From contig CAVTPJ010000008.1 in NCBI GenBank assembly GCA_963736645.1, positions 76,707-140,706 of the forward strand: 64,000 nucleotides of DNA. The letters are read 5' to 3'. Positions 1-10,670 of this stretch are shown here, one piece after another (the first letter of the stretch is position 1; every line of letters begins with the position of its first letter). The notes under the pieces are model-generated. The model was not told the origin of the DNA. It saw only the letters and a list, made by a program, of their open reading frames with translations, and made no database searches. The stretch is from an uncultured Thermoleophilia bacterium (GTDB lineage: Bacteria; Actinomycetota; Thermoleophilia; UBA2241). The position numbers and the translations under genes are program-made.

Positions 1-2
1 CC

Positions 3-1085
3 CTGAGCACGCTCATGCTCATCTTCCTTCAGCATCTTTCGGCCAAGCTGGGCATTGTCACCGGGCGCTCGCTGGCGGCGAACGTCCGCTCGCAACTGCC
101 GAGGCCCGTCGTGTGGGTCGCCGGCGTCACCATCGTCCTCGCGTGCATCGCGACCGACCTCGCGGAGTACCTGGGGGCGGCCCTCGGCTTCTACCTGCTC
201 TTCGGCCTGCCGCTGTGGATCGGCGCCCCGCTCACCGTGGGCATCGTCTTCGTGGCGATCCTCGGGCAGCAGTACCATCGGCTGGAGCGCATGATCGTCG
301 TCTTCCTCGGGATCATCGCCGCCTGCTACATCGTCGAGCTCTTTCTGGTGAAGCCCGACTGGGCGGCTGCCGCGCCGCGCTGGGTCATCCCCTCCGTGGA
401 CGGCGCCAGCATCCTCGTCGCCCTCGGCATGCTCGGCGCCATCGTGATGCCGCACAACATCTACGTGCACTCCAACGTCATCCTCTCGCGCGACTGGGAC
501 CTCGAGCCGATCCGCCGCCGCCGGCTGATGAACTTCGAGCTCATCGACACGAGCCTGGCCATGGGCATGGGATGGCTCGTCAACTCGGCGATGATCATCG
601 TCGCCGCCGCGGTGTTCTTCACGGCCGGGGTAACGGTGACGAGCATCGAGCAGGCTTCAGAGACGCTCGAGCCTCTCGTCGGGGGGCTGTCCCAGCTGTT
701 GTTCGGCATGGCGCTGCTGGTCGCCGGCATCGCCTCGTCGATCACCTCGTCGCTGGCCGAGGCGAACGTGGTCACCGGTTACCTCGGCAAGGCCGAGGAC
801 CCCCGCACGCGCGCCTACCGGATCGGGCTCGTGGTCACGTCGCTGCCGGCGATGCTGGTCATCGCCCTCGGCGTCGACTCGTACAAGGCACTGATCGTCA
901 GCCAGGTGCTCCTGAGCATCCAGCTGCCCTTCACCATCATCCCGCTCCTCTGGCTTTCTCGCAGCCGTCGCGTCATGAGCGACCAGCGCATGAACGGCGT
1001 GCAACTCGCGGTCGGCGTCGTGCTGGCTGCGGTCATCATCGGTTTGAACGTCTTCCTGTTGTATCAGGTGTTCTTCGGAGGCTGA
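3..1085 (+). CDS. mntH: NRAMP-family Mn2+/Fe2+ transporter, 5' end outside window
   Basis: The frame is open from nt 3 (LSTLMLIFLQHLSAKLGIVTGRSLA), which is a conserved NRAMP segment. The rest is a polytopic hydrophobic protein with G/C-rich third codon positions. Confidence 0.85.
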   Translation: MSTLMLIFLQHLSAKLGIVTGRSLAANVRSQLPRPVVWVAGVTIVLACIATDLAEYLGAALGFYLLFGLPLWIGAPLTVGIVFVAILGQQYHRLERMIVVFLGIIAACYIVELFLVKPDWAAAAPRWVIPSVDGASILVALGMLGAIVMPHNIYVHSNVILSRDWDLEPIRRRRLMNFELIDTSLAMGMGWLVNSAMIIVAAAVFFTAGVTVTSIEQASETLEPLVGGLSQLLFGMALLVAGIASSITSSLAEANVVTGYLGKAEDPRTRAYRIGLVVTSLPAMLVIALGVDSYKALIVSQVLLSIQLPFTIIPLLWLSRSRRVMSDQRMNGVQLAVGVVLAAVIIGLNVFLLYQVFFGG

Positions 1086-1088
1086 CGA

Positions 1089-1505
1089 ATGGGCGTGTAC
1101 GACCACATCCTTGTGCCGCTCGAGGGCGGCGACACCGACGCCGCCGTGCTGGAGCACGTCGGCCGGCTCGCCGAGGCTTGCGGCGCCGACGTCACGCTCC
1201 TGCGCGTGGCGCATTACCATACGCGCGACCAGCGCGCCTGCGAGCTCGAGGACGCCGAGGGCGATCTCGCTCGTGCCGCGGAGGTGCTGCGCAGCCGCGG
1301 CGTCACCGTGTGCACAGAGATCCTGCCTGGTGAGCCGCAGGAGGTGATCGTTCAGCAGGCCGCCAAGCTGCACCCTGACCTGATCGCCATGGCCACGCAC
1401 GGACACGGCTGGGCCAAGCGCATCGTGCTGGGCAGCGTGGCCGACCACGTGCGGCACAACACGGACGTGCCGCTTCTTCTGCTCAGGGGTGGCGCCGGGA
1501 CTTGA
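1089..1505 (+). CDS. universal stress protein (UspA family)
   Basis: 138 aa. HILVPLEGGD near the N-terminus and ATHGHGWAKRIVLGSVADHVRHNTDVPLLLL at the C-terminus are typical of the Usp nucleotide-binding fold. It starts 3 nt after the mntH stop. Confidence 0.85.
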   Translation: MGVYDHILVPLEGGDTDAAVLEHVGRLAEACGADVTLLRVAHYHTRDQRACELEDAEGDLARAAEVLRSRGVTVCTEILPGEPQEVIVQQAAKLHPDLIAMATHGHGWAKRIVLGSVADHVRHNTDVPLLLLRGGAGT

Positions 1506-1538
1506 CCGGCGCCGGCCGAGGCGCCGGTGACCGCCCGC

Positions 1539-1544
1539 TATACT
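1539..1544 (+). promoter_or_regulatory. -10-like hexamer TATACT, 9 nt upstream of the HAD ATG (short-leader or leaderless transcript)
   Basis: TATACT lies at 1539-1544 and the ATG at 1554. There is no Shine-Dalgarno sequence between them. Confidence 0.35.
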
Positions 1545-1553
1545 GGCCGAACC

Positions 1554-2327
1554 ATGCCCGACCGCCTCGTCCTCTTCGACATCGACTGCACGCTGATCGA
1601 CGCCCACGGCGCCGGCGGCCGGGCGATCATGCGCGCGATCCTCGACGTCTACGGCGTCGAGGGCCAGCTAGGCGATTACTCGTTCCACGGACGCACCGAC
1701 CCAGGGATCATCCGTGATCTCGCGGATCTCTGGGGCGCCGGTGACCCAGAGGTCGTGATGGGCCGGTACGAGGGAGAGACGCAACCCCAGGTCGTCCACG
1801 ACCTGGCGGAGCGTCTCGGCGCCCCGGCCGGTCTCACGGATCGGCTCGTCGACGAGTGCATCGCTCGCTACCTCGAGGTGCTGCGTGCGGAGATCGACGG
1901 CGGCGAGGTGGAGACGCTGCCGGGCATCAGGGAGCTCGTGACGGCGCTCGCCGCCGACCGCCGCGCCCTGGTCGGACTGCTCACGGGCAACGTGGAGGAG
2001 GGGGCCCGTCTCAAGCTCGAACCGACCGGCCTCCTTCCGCTCTTCAAGATCGGCGCCTACGGATCGGACTCCGCGCTTCGGGCGGACCTGCCCGCCGTCG
2101 CCGTGGCTCGAGCCGAGGCGCTCACCGGCCGGCCCTACGTCGGCAAGGACGTCGTGGTCATCGGTGATACGCCGGCCGACATCGAGTGCGGCGCGAGCAT
2201 CGGCGTCACGGCCATCGCGGTCGCCACAGGCCGGCACGCCGTGGAGGAGCTGGCCGCCCACGCGCCGGACCACCTCTTCAAGGACCTCTCCGACTGGCGC
2301 GCCGCCTACGCGGCCATCATCGGCTGA
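1554..2327 (+). CDS. HAD-superfamily hydrolase (phosphoglycolate-phosphatase-like)
   Basis: LVLFDIDCTLID matches motif I (DxDxT), and VVVIGDTPADIECG is the C-terminal Asp motif. I prefer ATG 1554 over GTG 1527 because of the adjacent -10-like hexamer. Confidence 0.8.
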   Translation: MPDRLVLFDIDCTLIDAHGAGGRAIMRAILDVYGVEGQLGDYSFHGRTDPGIIRDLADLWGAGDPEVVMGRYEGETQPQVVHDLAERLGAPAGLTDRLVDECIARYLEVLRAEIDGGEVETLPGIRELVTALAADRRALVGLLTGNVEEGARLKLEPTGLLPLFKIGAYGSDSALRADLPAVAVARAEALTGRPYVGKDVVVIGDTPADIECGASIGVTAIAVATGRHAVEELAAHAPDHLFKDLSDWRAAYAAIIG

Positions 2328-2356
2328 CGCCGGGGCGGCTGCGCCGATCCCTTCCG

Positions 2357-3613
2357 CTACGACCAGCGCGAAGGCGAGAGGGGCGCGAGGTCGATCGCCG
2401 GCGCGTGCCCTCCCGCCAGCTCCGTGACCAGCCTGCCCGTGACCGGGCCGAGGGACAGGCCCAGCATGCAGTGGCCGGTGGCGAGGATCACGCGATCGCG
2501 GCCGGGCACACGGCCGATGACGGGCAACCCGTCCGGTGTGACCGGCCGCGGGCCGCGCCAGCGCTGCCGCACCGGGCCGTCCGCCGAGAGGCCGATCGCG
2601 CGCCGCGCGCCCTCGCGGAGGTAGGCGACGCGCCTGGGCCGGACGCGCATGTCCCACCCGGAGAGCTCCAGGGTGCTCCCCAGGCGCAAGCGGTCACCGA
2701 GGGGGGTCAGGACGACGTGGGCTTCGCCGAGGTAGAGCGGCAGCTCGGGGAAGTCGTCCGGCCGCCCGACGTCGACACTGTAGCCCTTGGCCGGCTCGAT
2801 CGGCAGGCGCAGCCCGAGGCTGCGCGCGAGGAAGGGAGACCAGGCGCCGGCTGCCAGCACGACCTGGCCGGCGGTGAAGTCCCCTCGTGTCGTGAGCGCG
2901 CGCACCCCGCCGGGAGCGGGTTCCAGCGACAGCACCTCGGCCCCGGTGACGACCTGGGCGCCTGCGCCCGCGGCCAGCTCCGCGACACCCACGGTGAAGC
3001 GCAGCGGGTCGAGGTGACCGTCGTCGGGGAAGAGCAAGGCGCCGGCCAGCTCGCACCGCAGGCTGGGGAACAGCCGTCTGGACTCCGCCGCCGTGAGCTC
3101 GTCGACCCGCACCCCCAGCGTGCTCGCCCGTGCCGCCTCTTCGGCCGCCGCGCTCAGGCCGGCGGACGTCTCGTACGCCTGCAGCACGCCGTCGTGGTGG
3201 AAGTGCCAGCGCTCGCCGTGGTCCCGAGCGAGCTCGTCGTGGAGGTCGGCGCTGGCGACGTGAAGGGCACGCAAGACCGGCATGGCCGCCTGGGCCCTCT
3301 CGGCGGAGCAGGCTGCCCGGAACAGCCACAGCCAGCGTGCCAGCGCGGGGCTCGGGCGCGGTGCGATGTAGAAGGGGCTCGAGCTGTCCAGCATCCAGCG
3401 AAGCCCCTGGCCGAGGACGCCTGGGGCGGCCAGGGGCATCGCGTCGCTCGGCACCAGGAGGCCGCAGTTGGCGTGCGCGCCACTCGCAGGAGGGCAGACC
3501 TGCGGCTCCTTCTCGAGGAGCATGGTGCTGGCGCCGGCTCGCGCCAGCTCGAGCGCGCAGCAGACGCCGATCGGCCCGCCGCCGATCACGAGGACGTCAC
3601 CCTGGGCCATCAT
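2357..3613 (-). CDS. FAD-dependent oxidoreductase (DAO / D-amino-acid dehydrogenase-like)
   Basis: 418 aa. N-terminal dinucleotide-binding fold DVLVIGGGPIGVCCALELARAG, and a PAKGYS segment typical of DadA-type enzymes. Confidence 0.8.
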   Translation of the reverse strand: MMAQGDVLVIGGGPIGVCCALELARAGASTMLLEKEPQVCPPASGAHANCGLLVPSDAMPLAAPGVLGQGLRWMLDSSSPFYIAPRPSPALARWLWLFRAACSAERAQAAMPVLRALHVASADLHDELARDHGERWHFHHDGVLQAYETSAGLSAAAEEAARASTLGVRVDELTAAESRRLFPSLRCELAGALLFPDDGHLDPLRFTVGVAELAAGAGAQVVTGAEVLSLEPAPGGVRALTTRGDFTAGQVVLAAGAWSPFLARSLGLRLPIEPAKGYSVDVGRPDDFPELPLYLGEAHVVLTPLGDRLRLGSTLELSGWDMRVRPRRVAYLREGARRAIGLSADGPVRQRWRGPRPVTPDGLPVIGRVPGRDRVILATGHCMLGLSLGPVTGRLVTELAGGHAPAIDLAPLSPSRWS

Positions 3614-3670
3614 CGCTCGTCCCTTCCTCGGCGGCGGCCGCTGTTCGTGCCCGTCGCCGGAGTAGCCAGT

Positions 3671-3692
3671 GCGCTAACGAAGTCCTAACATC
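3671..3692 (+). promoter_or_regulatory. candidate Pho box, two CTAAC repeats 11 bp apart, upstream of phoP-phoR
   Basis: The sequence is GCGCTAACGAAGTCCTAACATC, with CTAAC cores at 3674-3678 and 3685-3689. A TAGTCT -10-like hexamer lies at 3700-3705. Confidence 0.6.
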
Positions 3693-3766
3693 GCGTTGCT
3701 AGTCTACGGCACGACCTGCGGGGCGGCGTGTCGCTCCCTTTCGGCACTCTCGGCACGGATGTGACG

Positions 3767-4468
3767 ATGGCAAGAGAGAACGTGCTCGTCGTCGACGACG
3801 AGCGGGACATCCTGGAGCTCGTCAAGTACAACCTCGACAAGGAGGGCTACCGCGTGACCGTGGTGGCCAGCGGTGAGGACGCCCTCGCGGCGACCCGCGC
3901 CAGGATGCCGGACCTGATCGTGCTCGACCTCATGCTGCCCGGCGTGGACGGCCTCGAGGTCTGCCGGCGTCTGAAGGCCGACGTCAAGACGCGCGGCGTC
4001 CCCATCGTCATGCTGACCGCCAAGGGCAGCGAGGCCGACGTCGTCGCGGGTCTCGAGCTGGGCGCCTCTGACTACGTGACCAAGCCGTTCAGCCCGCGGG
4101 TCCTCACGGCCCGGATCCGGGCCGTGCTGCGCCGCGGCGACGAGACCGCCGACGACGAGGCGACGATCCACATCAAGGAGCTCACCATCCATCCGGGACG
4201 ACATCAGGTGCTGGTGGCGGACAAGCCCGTCGAGCTCACGGCGACGGAGTTCCGCATCCTGCAGTATCTGGCGAAGCGTCCCGGTTGGGTGTTCACTAGG
4301 CAGCAGATCGTCGACGCCGCCCAAGGGGACGACTCATTCGTCAACGACCGCTTCGTGACCGACCGCTCGGTGGACGTGCATATCGTCTCGCTGCGCCGCA
4401 AGCTCGGCGGCTGCGGCGCGTACATCGAGACCGTTCGCGGCGTGGGGTATCGCCTGCAGGACCAGTGA
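3767..4468 (+). CDS. phoP: OmpR/PhoB-family response regulator (PhoP-like)
   Basis: Receiver domain (NVLVVDDERDILELVKYNLDKEGYRV, LIVLDLMLPGVDG, MLTAKG). The winged-helix C-terminus ends VRGVGYRL. It sits directly upstream of a PhoR-like kinase and pstSCAB. GTG 3728 is an alternative start. Confidence 0.9.
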   Translation: MARENVLVVDDERDILELVKYNLDKEGYRVTVVASGEDALAATRARMPDLIVLDLMLPGVDGLEVCRRLKADVKTRGVPIVMLTAKGSEADVVAGLELGASDYVTKPFSPRVLTARIRAVLRRGDETADDEATIHIKELTIHPGRHQVLVADKPVELTATEFRILQYLAKRPGWVFTRQQIVDAAQGDDSFVNDRFVTDRSVDVHIVSLRRKLGGCGAYIETVRGVGYRLQDQ

Positions 4469-4471
4469 GCG

Positions 4472-6268
4472 TTGCGTAGGCCGCGGCTCTTCTGGCGTCT
4501 CTACGCCACCTACCTCGTCATCGTCGTGCTGTGCACTGCCGCAGTGGGGTTCTACGCGGTGCGCTCGGTGCGGGACTTCTACTTCGACCACACGGAGAGC
4601 GAGCTGGCCGCTCGCGCCGCCCTCGTGCGCGAGCAGATACTGCCGGACATCGCCGCCGAAACGCCGGCGGAGCTCGAGGCGCTCGTACAGCGTCTGGGCC
4701 GGTCGTCGGGGACGCGCATCACCGTCATCGCCGCCGACCGGCCTGGGGCCCGCCGGGGCGAGGTCCTGGCCGACTCGGACTCGGATCCCGTCGCGATGGA
4801 GGACCATCGCGATCGCCCTGAGTTCCTCCAGGCGGTCACGGGTAGGCCGGGCCGGGCCATCCGGTACAGCGACACCCTGCGCCAGGACATGATGTACGTC
4901 GCCGTGCCCGTGGAGGAGGACGGCCGCGTCACCACGGTCGTCCGCGCGGCCGTGGCGCTCACTCGTGTCAACGACGCGCTCGCCACCCTGTACGGGAGCA
5001 TCGCGATCAGCGCGATCGTGGTCGCGGTGATCGCGGCGCTGATAGGCCTCTACGTCTCGCGCCGCATCAGCGGCCAGATGCGCGAGATCAAGGTGGGCGC
5101 GGAGCGCCTCGCGGCCGGCGACTTCACCAGCAAGCTGTTCGTCCCCCGCGTCGAGGAGTTCGCTTCGGTAGCGGAGAGCATCAACCGCATGGCGGAGGAG
5201 CTGGACGACAAGCTGCGACGGCTCACCCACGAGCGCAACGAGCGCGAGGCGGTGCTGGCCAGCATGGTCGAGGGCGTGCTCGCCGTGGACACCGACGAGC
5301 GCGTGATCGCCGTCAACGCCGCCGCCGCCCGCCTGCTGGACACCGATCCGGCGGCGGCGGAAGGCAAGGCCATCCAGGAGGTCGTCCGCAACCCCGCCCT
5401 GCAGCACGTGGTGGCGCAGACACTGGGAGGTCACCGTCCGGTGGAGGCCGACATCGTGATGCGCGTCGGTGCGGAGGAGCGCAACCTCCAGGCCAACGGT
5501 ACCCTGCTGCACGGGGACGACGACGGGGATGACGTAGGCGCCGTCGTCGTGCTCAACGACGTGACGCGCCTGAAGAGGCTCGAGGCGGTGCGTCGCGACT
5601 TCGTCGCGAACGTGTCCCACGAGCTCAAGACACCGGTGACCTCCATCAAGGGCTTCGCCGAGACCCTCGAGGACGGCGCCCTGGACGACCCGGCGGCGGC
5701 TCACCGCTTCGTGCGTATCATCGCGGGCCAGGCCGACCGCCTGAACTCCATCATCGAGGACCTGCTGGCGCTGTCGACGCTGGAGCAGTCCGGTGACAGC
5801 CCGCTGCTCCAGCTCGAGGAAGCGGACCTCTGTGACGTCGTCGCGGTGGCGCTCGAGGTCTGCGGCCCCAAGGCGGGGGCCAAGAGCATCGATCTGCGCG
5901 AGGACTGCCCCGGCTGTCTGCTCGCGCGTGTCAGCCCGCCTCTGCTCGAGCAGGCGGTCGTCAACCTCATCGACAACGCGGTGAAATACAGTGCCGAGCA
6001 CAGCACCGTGGTCGTCACCCTCGAGGAGAGGGGTGACGAGGTCGTGGTGAGCGTCACCGACGAGGGCCAGGGGATCGCGCGAGAGCACCTGCCGAGGCTG
6101 TTCGAGCGCTTCTACCGCGTCGACAAGGCGCGCAGCCGCGACCTTGGCGGGACCGGCCTTGGTCTCGCGATCGTGAAGCACGTCGCCCAGATCCACGGGG
6201 GCCGCGTCTCGGTCGACAGCGTGATGGGACGCGGCAGCACCTTCCGCATCCACCTTCCTCGAGGCTGA
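4472..6268 (+). CDS. phoR: phosphate-regulon sensor histidine kinase (PhoR-like)
   Basis: N-terminal TM segments, then a HAMP-like and a PAS-like region. H-box FVANVSHELKTPVTSIKGF, N/G boxes NLIDNAVKYS, DEGQGI and GGTGLGLAIVKH. The TTG start lies 3 nt after the regulator stop. Confidence 0.9.
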   Translation: MRRPRLFWRLYATYLVIVVLCTAAVGFYAVRSVRDFYFDHTESELAARAALVREQILPDIAAETPAELEALVQRLGRSSGTRITVIAADRPGARRGEVLADSDSDPVAMEDHRDRPEFLQAVTGRPGRAIRYSDTLRQDMMYVAVPVEEDGRVTTVVRAAVALTRVNDALATLYGSIAISAIVVAVIAALIGLYVSRRISGQMREIKVGAERLAAGDFTSKLFVPRVEEFASVAESINRMAEELDDKLRRLTHERNEREAVLASMVEGVLAVDTDERVIAVNAAAARLLDTDPAAAEGKAIQEVVRNPALQHVVAQTLGGHRPVEADIVMRVGAEERNLQANGTLLHGDDDGDDVGAVVVLNDVTRLKRLEAVRRDFVANVSHELKTPVTSIKGFAETLEDGALDDPAAAHRFVRIIAGQADRLNSIIEDLLALSTLEQSGDSPLLQLEEADLCDVVAVALEVCGPKAGAKSIDLREDCPGCLLARVSPPLLEQAVVNLIDNAVKYSAEHSTVVVTLEERGDEVVVSVTDEGQGIAREHLPRLFERFYRVDKARSRDLGGTGLGLAIVKHVAQIHGGRVSVDSVMGRGSTFRIHLPRG

Positions 6269-6553
6269 GCAGGCCGGACCGGGGCGGGCGAGCGACGCTG
6301 ATCTCTCGCAGACGTTTCGCCGAACACCGGAGGCGAACGCCGCTGTTCGAGCCGACGATGAGCCGCTGGACAGCCGCCGGGTACGGGACACGACTCGCCA
6401 CGACCCAGATGCTCTCACACGCGACGTTGACGTCCTCTTCATCAGCCGCGAACAACAGGCGTGCAGACTCACCTCCGCAAGACCCGGCTCGTTGCGTTCA
6501 CCCGCCCAGGCCCGGCAGACAACCTGCCGTGCGCCTTGCGGCAACCACATCGT

Positions 6554-6575
6554 CCGCTAACGGAGCGCTAACACT
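6554..6575 (+). promoter_or_regulatory. candidate Pho box upstream of pstS
   Basis: The sequence is CCGCTAACGGAGCGCTAACACT, with CTAAC cores at 6557-6561 and 6568-6572. A TATTGT -10-like hexamer lies at 6586-6591. Confidence 0.6.
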
Positions 6576-6698
6576 GGCCGGGGAGTATTGTCCACGCCCC
6601 GCGGGGCAGCGGCCCAGGGAGGCTACTTGAGTCCCAGCGCTCCAACCGAGTCTCGAGATACCTTCCGCGGATCGCGACATGGAGGCACAGGAGGAACA

Positions 6699-7667
6699 AT
6701 GAGGCACTTGCGGTGGTTGGCGATCGTCGCGGCGGTGGTGGCGATCGCGCTCGTTGGAGTGGCATGCGGGGGCGACGACGCTGAGCCGGCCGGGGGTGGC
6801 GCCCTCTCAGGCGACATCCGCATCGACGGCTCGAGCACGGTCGGCCCGCTCACCGAGGCTGCGGCGGAGTTCTTCCAAGAGGAAAACCCGGACGTGCGCG
6901 TGACTGTGGGCATCTCCGGCACGGGCGGTGGCTTCGAGAAGTTCTGCGCCGGCGAGACCGACGCCAACGACGCCTCGCGCCAGATCGAGCCGGACGAGGA
7001 GCAGCTTTGCGCGGACGCCGGAGTCGAGTGGGTCGAGATCCAGGTTGCGAACGACGGGCTTGCAGTGGTCGTGAACCCGGAGAACGACTGGGCCGACAGC
7101 CTCACGGTGGAGCAGCTACAGATGATCTGGGACGAGGGCAGCACGATCGACAACTGGAACCAGGTCGATCCGAGCTTCCCCGACGTTCCTCTGGAGCTCT
7201 TCGGCGCCGGCACGGACTCGGGCACGTTCGACTACTTCACCGAAGCCGTCAACGGTGAGGAGGGCGTCAGCCGGACCGACTACCAGGCCACCGAGGACGA
7301 CAACGTCTCGGTCCAGGGCGTGGCCGGCTCGAAGGGCGGCATGGCGTACTTCGGCCTCTCCTACTACGAGCAGAACGCCGAGATGGTCAAGCTCGTGGCG
7401 ATCGACAGCGGGAACGGGCCGGTGACTCCGTCTGTCGAGACCGTGCAGTCCGGCGAGTACACGCCGCTCAGCAGGCCTCTCTTCATCTACCCGTCGGTCG
7501 AGGCGCTGCAGCGGCCGGAGATGGCGGCGTTCATTCAGTTCTACCTGGACAACGCCGCCAGCATCGCCGAACAGGCCCTGTTCGTGCCGATCACGGCGGA
7601 GCAGACGGCGGCCGCGCAGACCGTGCTCGACGGGATCGTCGGCGGAGCTTCGCCGAGCGCCGAGTAA
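6699..7667 (+). CDS. pstS: phosphate ABC transporter substrate-binding lipoprotein
   Basis: ATG 6699 follows GGAGGCACAGGAGG. The signal peptide has a lipobox (LVGVACGG). The GSSTVGPL and GISGTGGGF segments are typical of PstS. The 5' 111 nt of the track ORF look like non-coding leader. Confidence 0.9.
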   Translation: MRHLRWLAIVAAVVAIALVGVACGGDDAEPAGGGALSGDIRIDGSSTVGPLTEAAAEFFQEENPDVRVTVGISGTGGGFEKFCAGETDANDASRQIEPDEEQLCADAGVEWVEIQVANDGLAVVVNPENDWADSLTVEQLQMIWDEGSTIDNWNQVDPSFPDVPLELFGAGTDSGTFDYFTEAVNGEEGVSRTDYQATEDDNVSVQGVAGSKGGMAYFGLSYYEQNAEMVKLVAIDSGNGPVTPSVETVQSGEYTPLSRPLFIYPSVEALQRPEMAAFIQFYLDNAASIAEQALFVPITAEQTAAAQTVLDGIVGGASPSAE

Positions 7668-7676
7668 GGAAGCCGA

Positions 7677-8624
7677 ATGGCGGTCGCAACCACACAAAGG
7701 CCCGTCTCCATGCCCCTCGAGGGCCTGGAGGCGGGCCGCCGCCGCTATCGCGAGAAGGTCATCGTCGGCAGCCTGTTCATGTGTGCGGCGCTCTCGATCG
7801 TCCTCACGGTGGGTATCGTGCTCGCGCTGCTGATCCCGAGCCTCGAGTTCTTCGGGGAGGTCAGCCCGGTCGAGTTCTTCACCGGGACGGAGTGGGCGCC
7901 CCTGTTCAAGAACGCCAAGTTCGGCGTCCTGCCGCTGCTCGGGGGCACGCTCGTCGTCACGCTCATCGCCGCACTCATCTGCCTGCCGCTCGGCCTTCTG
8001 GCGGCGATCTACCTGAGCGAGTACGCGGCGCGGAGGACGAGGAGCTTCGTCAAGCCCATCCTCGAGATCCTCGCCGGAATCCCCACCGTGGTCTACGGGT
8101 TCTTCGCCCTGACGTTCGTCACGCCACTGCTCCGCGAGAACTGGCTGTTCGCGACTCCGCCCCAGGTGTTCAATGCCCTGTCGGCGGGTCTCGTCATGGG
8201 CATCATGATCCTCCCGACCGTCGCCTCCATCTCTGAGGACGCCATGTACGCGGTGCCGCGATCCCTTCGCGAGGGCGCGGCTGCCCTCGGCGCCACGAAG
8301 TACGAGATCTCCACACGCGTCGTCGTGCCGGCAGGCCTCTCGGGGATCATCGCCGCGTTCGTCCTCGGCATCAGCAGGGCGGTCGGCGAGACGATGATCG
8401 TGCTGATCGCCGCAGGCGGCATGCCCAATCTCTCGTTCAACCCCCTGGAGGCCATGCAGACGATGACGGCCTTCATCGGGGCGGCTGGGCTCGGCGACCA
8501 GGCGACCGGCAGCATCGGCTACAAGACGATCTTCGCCGTCGGCCTCAGCCTGTTCGCCATGACCCTGATCATGAACATCATCAGCATCCGGCTGGTGAGG
8601 AAGTACCGCGAGGTCTACGATTGA
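7677..8624 (+). CDS. pstC: phosphate ABC transporter permease
   Basis: 315 aa polytopic protein carrying the EAA-type loop ([22 protein letters not shown]). Its position follows pstS. Confidence 0.9.
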   Translation: MAVATTQRPVSMPLEGLEAGRRRYREKVIVGSLFMCAALSIVLTVGIVLALLIPSLEFFGEVSPVEFFTGTEWAPLFKNAKFGVLPLLGGTLVVTLIAALICLPLGLLAAIYLSEYAARRTRSFVKPILEILAGIPTVVYGFFALTFVTPLLRENWLFATPPQVFNALSAGLVMGIMILPTVASISEDAMYAVPRSLREGAAALGATKYEISTRVVVPAGLSGIIAAFVLGISRAVGETMIVLIAAGGMPNLSFNPLEAMQTMTAFIGAAGLGDQATGSIGYKTIFAVGLSLFAMTLIMNIISIRLVRKYREVYD

Positions 8625-9535
8625 GCACCCTGACGACGCAGAAGGGCGCATCCGTCATCCCGCCGGTCTCGCTGACCAGCCGGCGTGGGCGGTGGCACCG
8701 CACCAGGGACGGGGCGTTCCGCGGCGCCGTCACGGGGAGCGTCCTGGTCGGCCTGGCCGTTCTCGTCGCGCTCATCGTGCAGAGCCTCGTTGAGGGCTGG
8801 CCGAAGCTCAACTGGGATCTCATCACGAGCTTCCCCTCGAGCTTCCCGGAGAAGGCCGGCATCCAGTCGGCCATCTTCGGGACCTTCTGGATGGTGGGCA
8901 TCGTGCTCGTCGTGGCCATCCCCATCGGCGTGGGGGCAGCCGTCTACATGGAGCAGTTCGCGGACACCGAGGCGTGGTTCAACCGGTTCATCGACGTCAT
9001 CATCCAGAACCTGGCGGCTGTGCCGTCCATCGTGTACGGCATCTTGGGGCTGGCGTTCCTGGCGCGCGGGTTCCTGAACCTGGGCCCGGTCGTGCTCACC
9101 GCGGGCCTGACCCTGTCGTTCCTGGTCCTGCCGGTGGTCATCATCGCGTCGAGGGAGGCCCTCCGTGCGGTGCCGAGCTCTATCCTGGACGGCGCGCTGG
9201 CGCTCGGCGCGACGCGCTGGCAGGGGGTCAGCAGGCAGGTGCTGCCGGCGGCCATCCCGGGCATCGCCACGGGATCGATCCTCGCCGTGTCACGCGCGAT
9301 CGGCGAGGCGGCGCCCCTGCTGCTGCTCGGGGCTCTCCAGTTCATCACCTTCAACCCGACAGGGCTGAACAGCTCGTTCACGGCGCTCCCCATCCAGATC
9401 TTCAACTGGATCTCGAGACCCAACGTGGAGTTCCACATCGCCGCCGCGGCCGCCATCATCGTGCTCCTGTGCATCACTTTGCTGATGAACGCCGTGGCCA
9501 TCTGGCTCCGCAACCGCTTCCAGCAGACATGGTGA
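8621..9535 (+). CDS. pstA: phosphate ABC transporter permease
   Basis: 304 aa polytopic protein with the loop [24 protein letters not shown]. The TTG start overlaps the pstC stop by 4 nt (TTGA). Confidence 0.9.
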   Translation: MSTLTTQKGASVIPPVSLTSRRGRWHRTRDGAFRGAVTGSVLVGLAVLVALIVQSLVEGWPKLNWDLITSFPSSFPEKAGIQSAIFGTFWMVGIVLVVAIPIGVGAAVYMEQFADTEAWFNRFIDVIIQNLAAVPSIVYGILGLAFLARGFLNLGPVVLTAGLTLSFLVLPVVIIASREALRAVPSSILDGALALGATRWQGVSRQVLPAAIPGIATGSILAVSRAIGEAAPLLLLGALQFITFNPTGLNSSFTALPIQIFNWISRPNVEFHIAAAAAIIVLLCITLLMNAVAIWLRNRFQQTW

Positions 9536-10545
9536 GGGATGACGACATGATGATCGACGCCGGGAGCTCTCTGGGCACGAAGGAGAGGTCCGAGAGAGAG
9601 AACAGAGGTGTGATCGTGACGGAAGAGTCAGACCGGACTCCGGGGTTGCTGCCCGAGACCGGAGACCGCGCCGGGGCAGAGGCCGACGCCGTGCTCGAGG
9701 AGAGCGCGAAGCTGGCCGAGATCACGCGCGAGCGGCGTCGCCAGACCAAGAGCGACGACGACACGGAGATCGTGTTCGAACTGCGGGACTTGTCGGTGAC
9801 CTACGGCGGCACCTACGCCGTCCAGGGCGTCGACATGTCCATCCGCAAGAACGAGATCACGGCTCTCATCGGCCCCTCGGGATGCGGCAAGACGACCGTC
9901 CTGCGCTGCTTCAACCGCACCAACGATCTCATCCACGGAGCCAAGGTCCACGGGAGCGTCCTCTACCACGGGATCGACCTGTACGGTCCGAAGGTAGAGC
10001 CGGTGGAGGTCCGACGGCGCATCGGCATGGTCTTCCAGAAACCTAACCCGTTCCCCAAGTCGATCTACGACAACATCGCCTTCGGCCCGCGGGTGGGCGG
10101 ATTCAAGGGCAACCTGGACGAGCTGGTGGAGCGGTCGCTCCGACGGGCGGCGCTCTGGGATGAGGTCAAGAACAACCTCAAGGCCTCGGCGATGGCGCTC
10201 TCAGGCGGCCAGCAGCAGCGCCTCTGCATCGCCCGCTGCATCGCCGTCGAGCCTGATGTCATCCTCATGGACGAGCCCTGTTCGGCGCTCGACCCGGTCT
10301 CCACGCTCAGGATCGAGGAGCTCATGGACGAGCTGGTGTCCGAGTACACGATCGTCATCGTGACGCACAACATGCAGCAGGCCGCCCGCGTCAGCGACCG
10401 CACGGGGTTCTTCACGGTGGCCGAGGGACAGGACGAGAAGGACCACCGGATCGGGATCCTCGTCGAGTTCGACCTGACGCCCACGGTGTTCACCAACCCG
10501 AGCGACTCCCGGACCGAGGCCTACGTGACCGGACGCTTCGGCTGA
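9529..10545 (+). CDS. pstB: phosphate ABC transporter ATPase with N-terminal acidic extension (start uncertain)
   Basis: Walker [10 protein letters not shown], signature LSGGQQQRL, Walker B ILMDEP and the PstB-type C-terminus. ATG 9529 overlaps the pstA stop. In-frame GTG alternatives lie near 9610 and 9691. Confidence 0.85.
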   Translation: MVRDDDMMIDAGSSLGTKERSERENRGVIVTEESDRTPGLLPETGDRAGAEADAVLEESAKLAEITRERRRQTKSDDDTEIVFELRDLSVTYGGTYAVQGVDMSIRKNEITALIGPSGCGKTTVLRCFNRTNDLIHGAKVHGSVLYHGIDLYGPKVEPVEVRRRIGMVFQKPNPFPKSIYDNIAFGPRVGGFKGNLDELVERSLRRAALWDEVKNNLKASAMALSGGQQQRLCIARCIAVEPDVILMDEPCSALDPVSTLRIEELMDELVSEYTIVIVTHNMQQAARVSDRTGFFTVAEGQDEKDHRIGILVEFDLTPTVFTNPSDSRTEAYVTGRFG

Positions 10546-10559
10546 GGTGAGCCTCAGCC
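10540..10559 (+). terminator. stem-loop overlapping the pstB stop codon
   Basis: GGCTGAGG-TGAG-CCTCAGCC forms a perfect 8-bp stem with a 4-nt loop. No clear U-tract follows. Confidence 0.45.
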
Positions 10560-10670
10560 GCGGGACTGCCTGACAGCGACGGTGTTGTCCCCGCTGCGCT
10601 CGAGCGTCCGAGGGATGAGCACCATGAGCATCGCCCACTCGCGAAGCCCGATGTCGCCTGCGGGCCGCCG

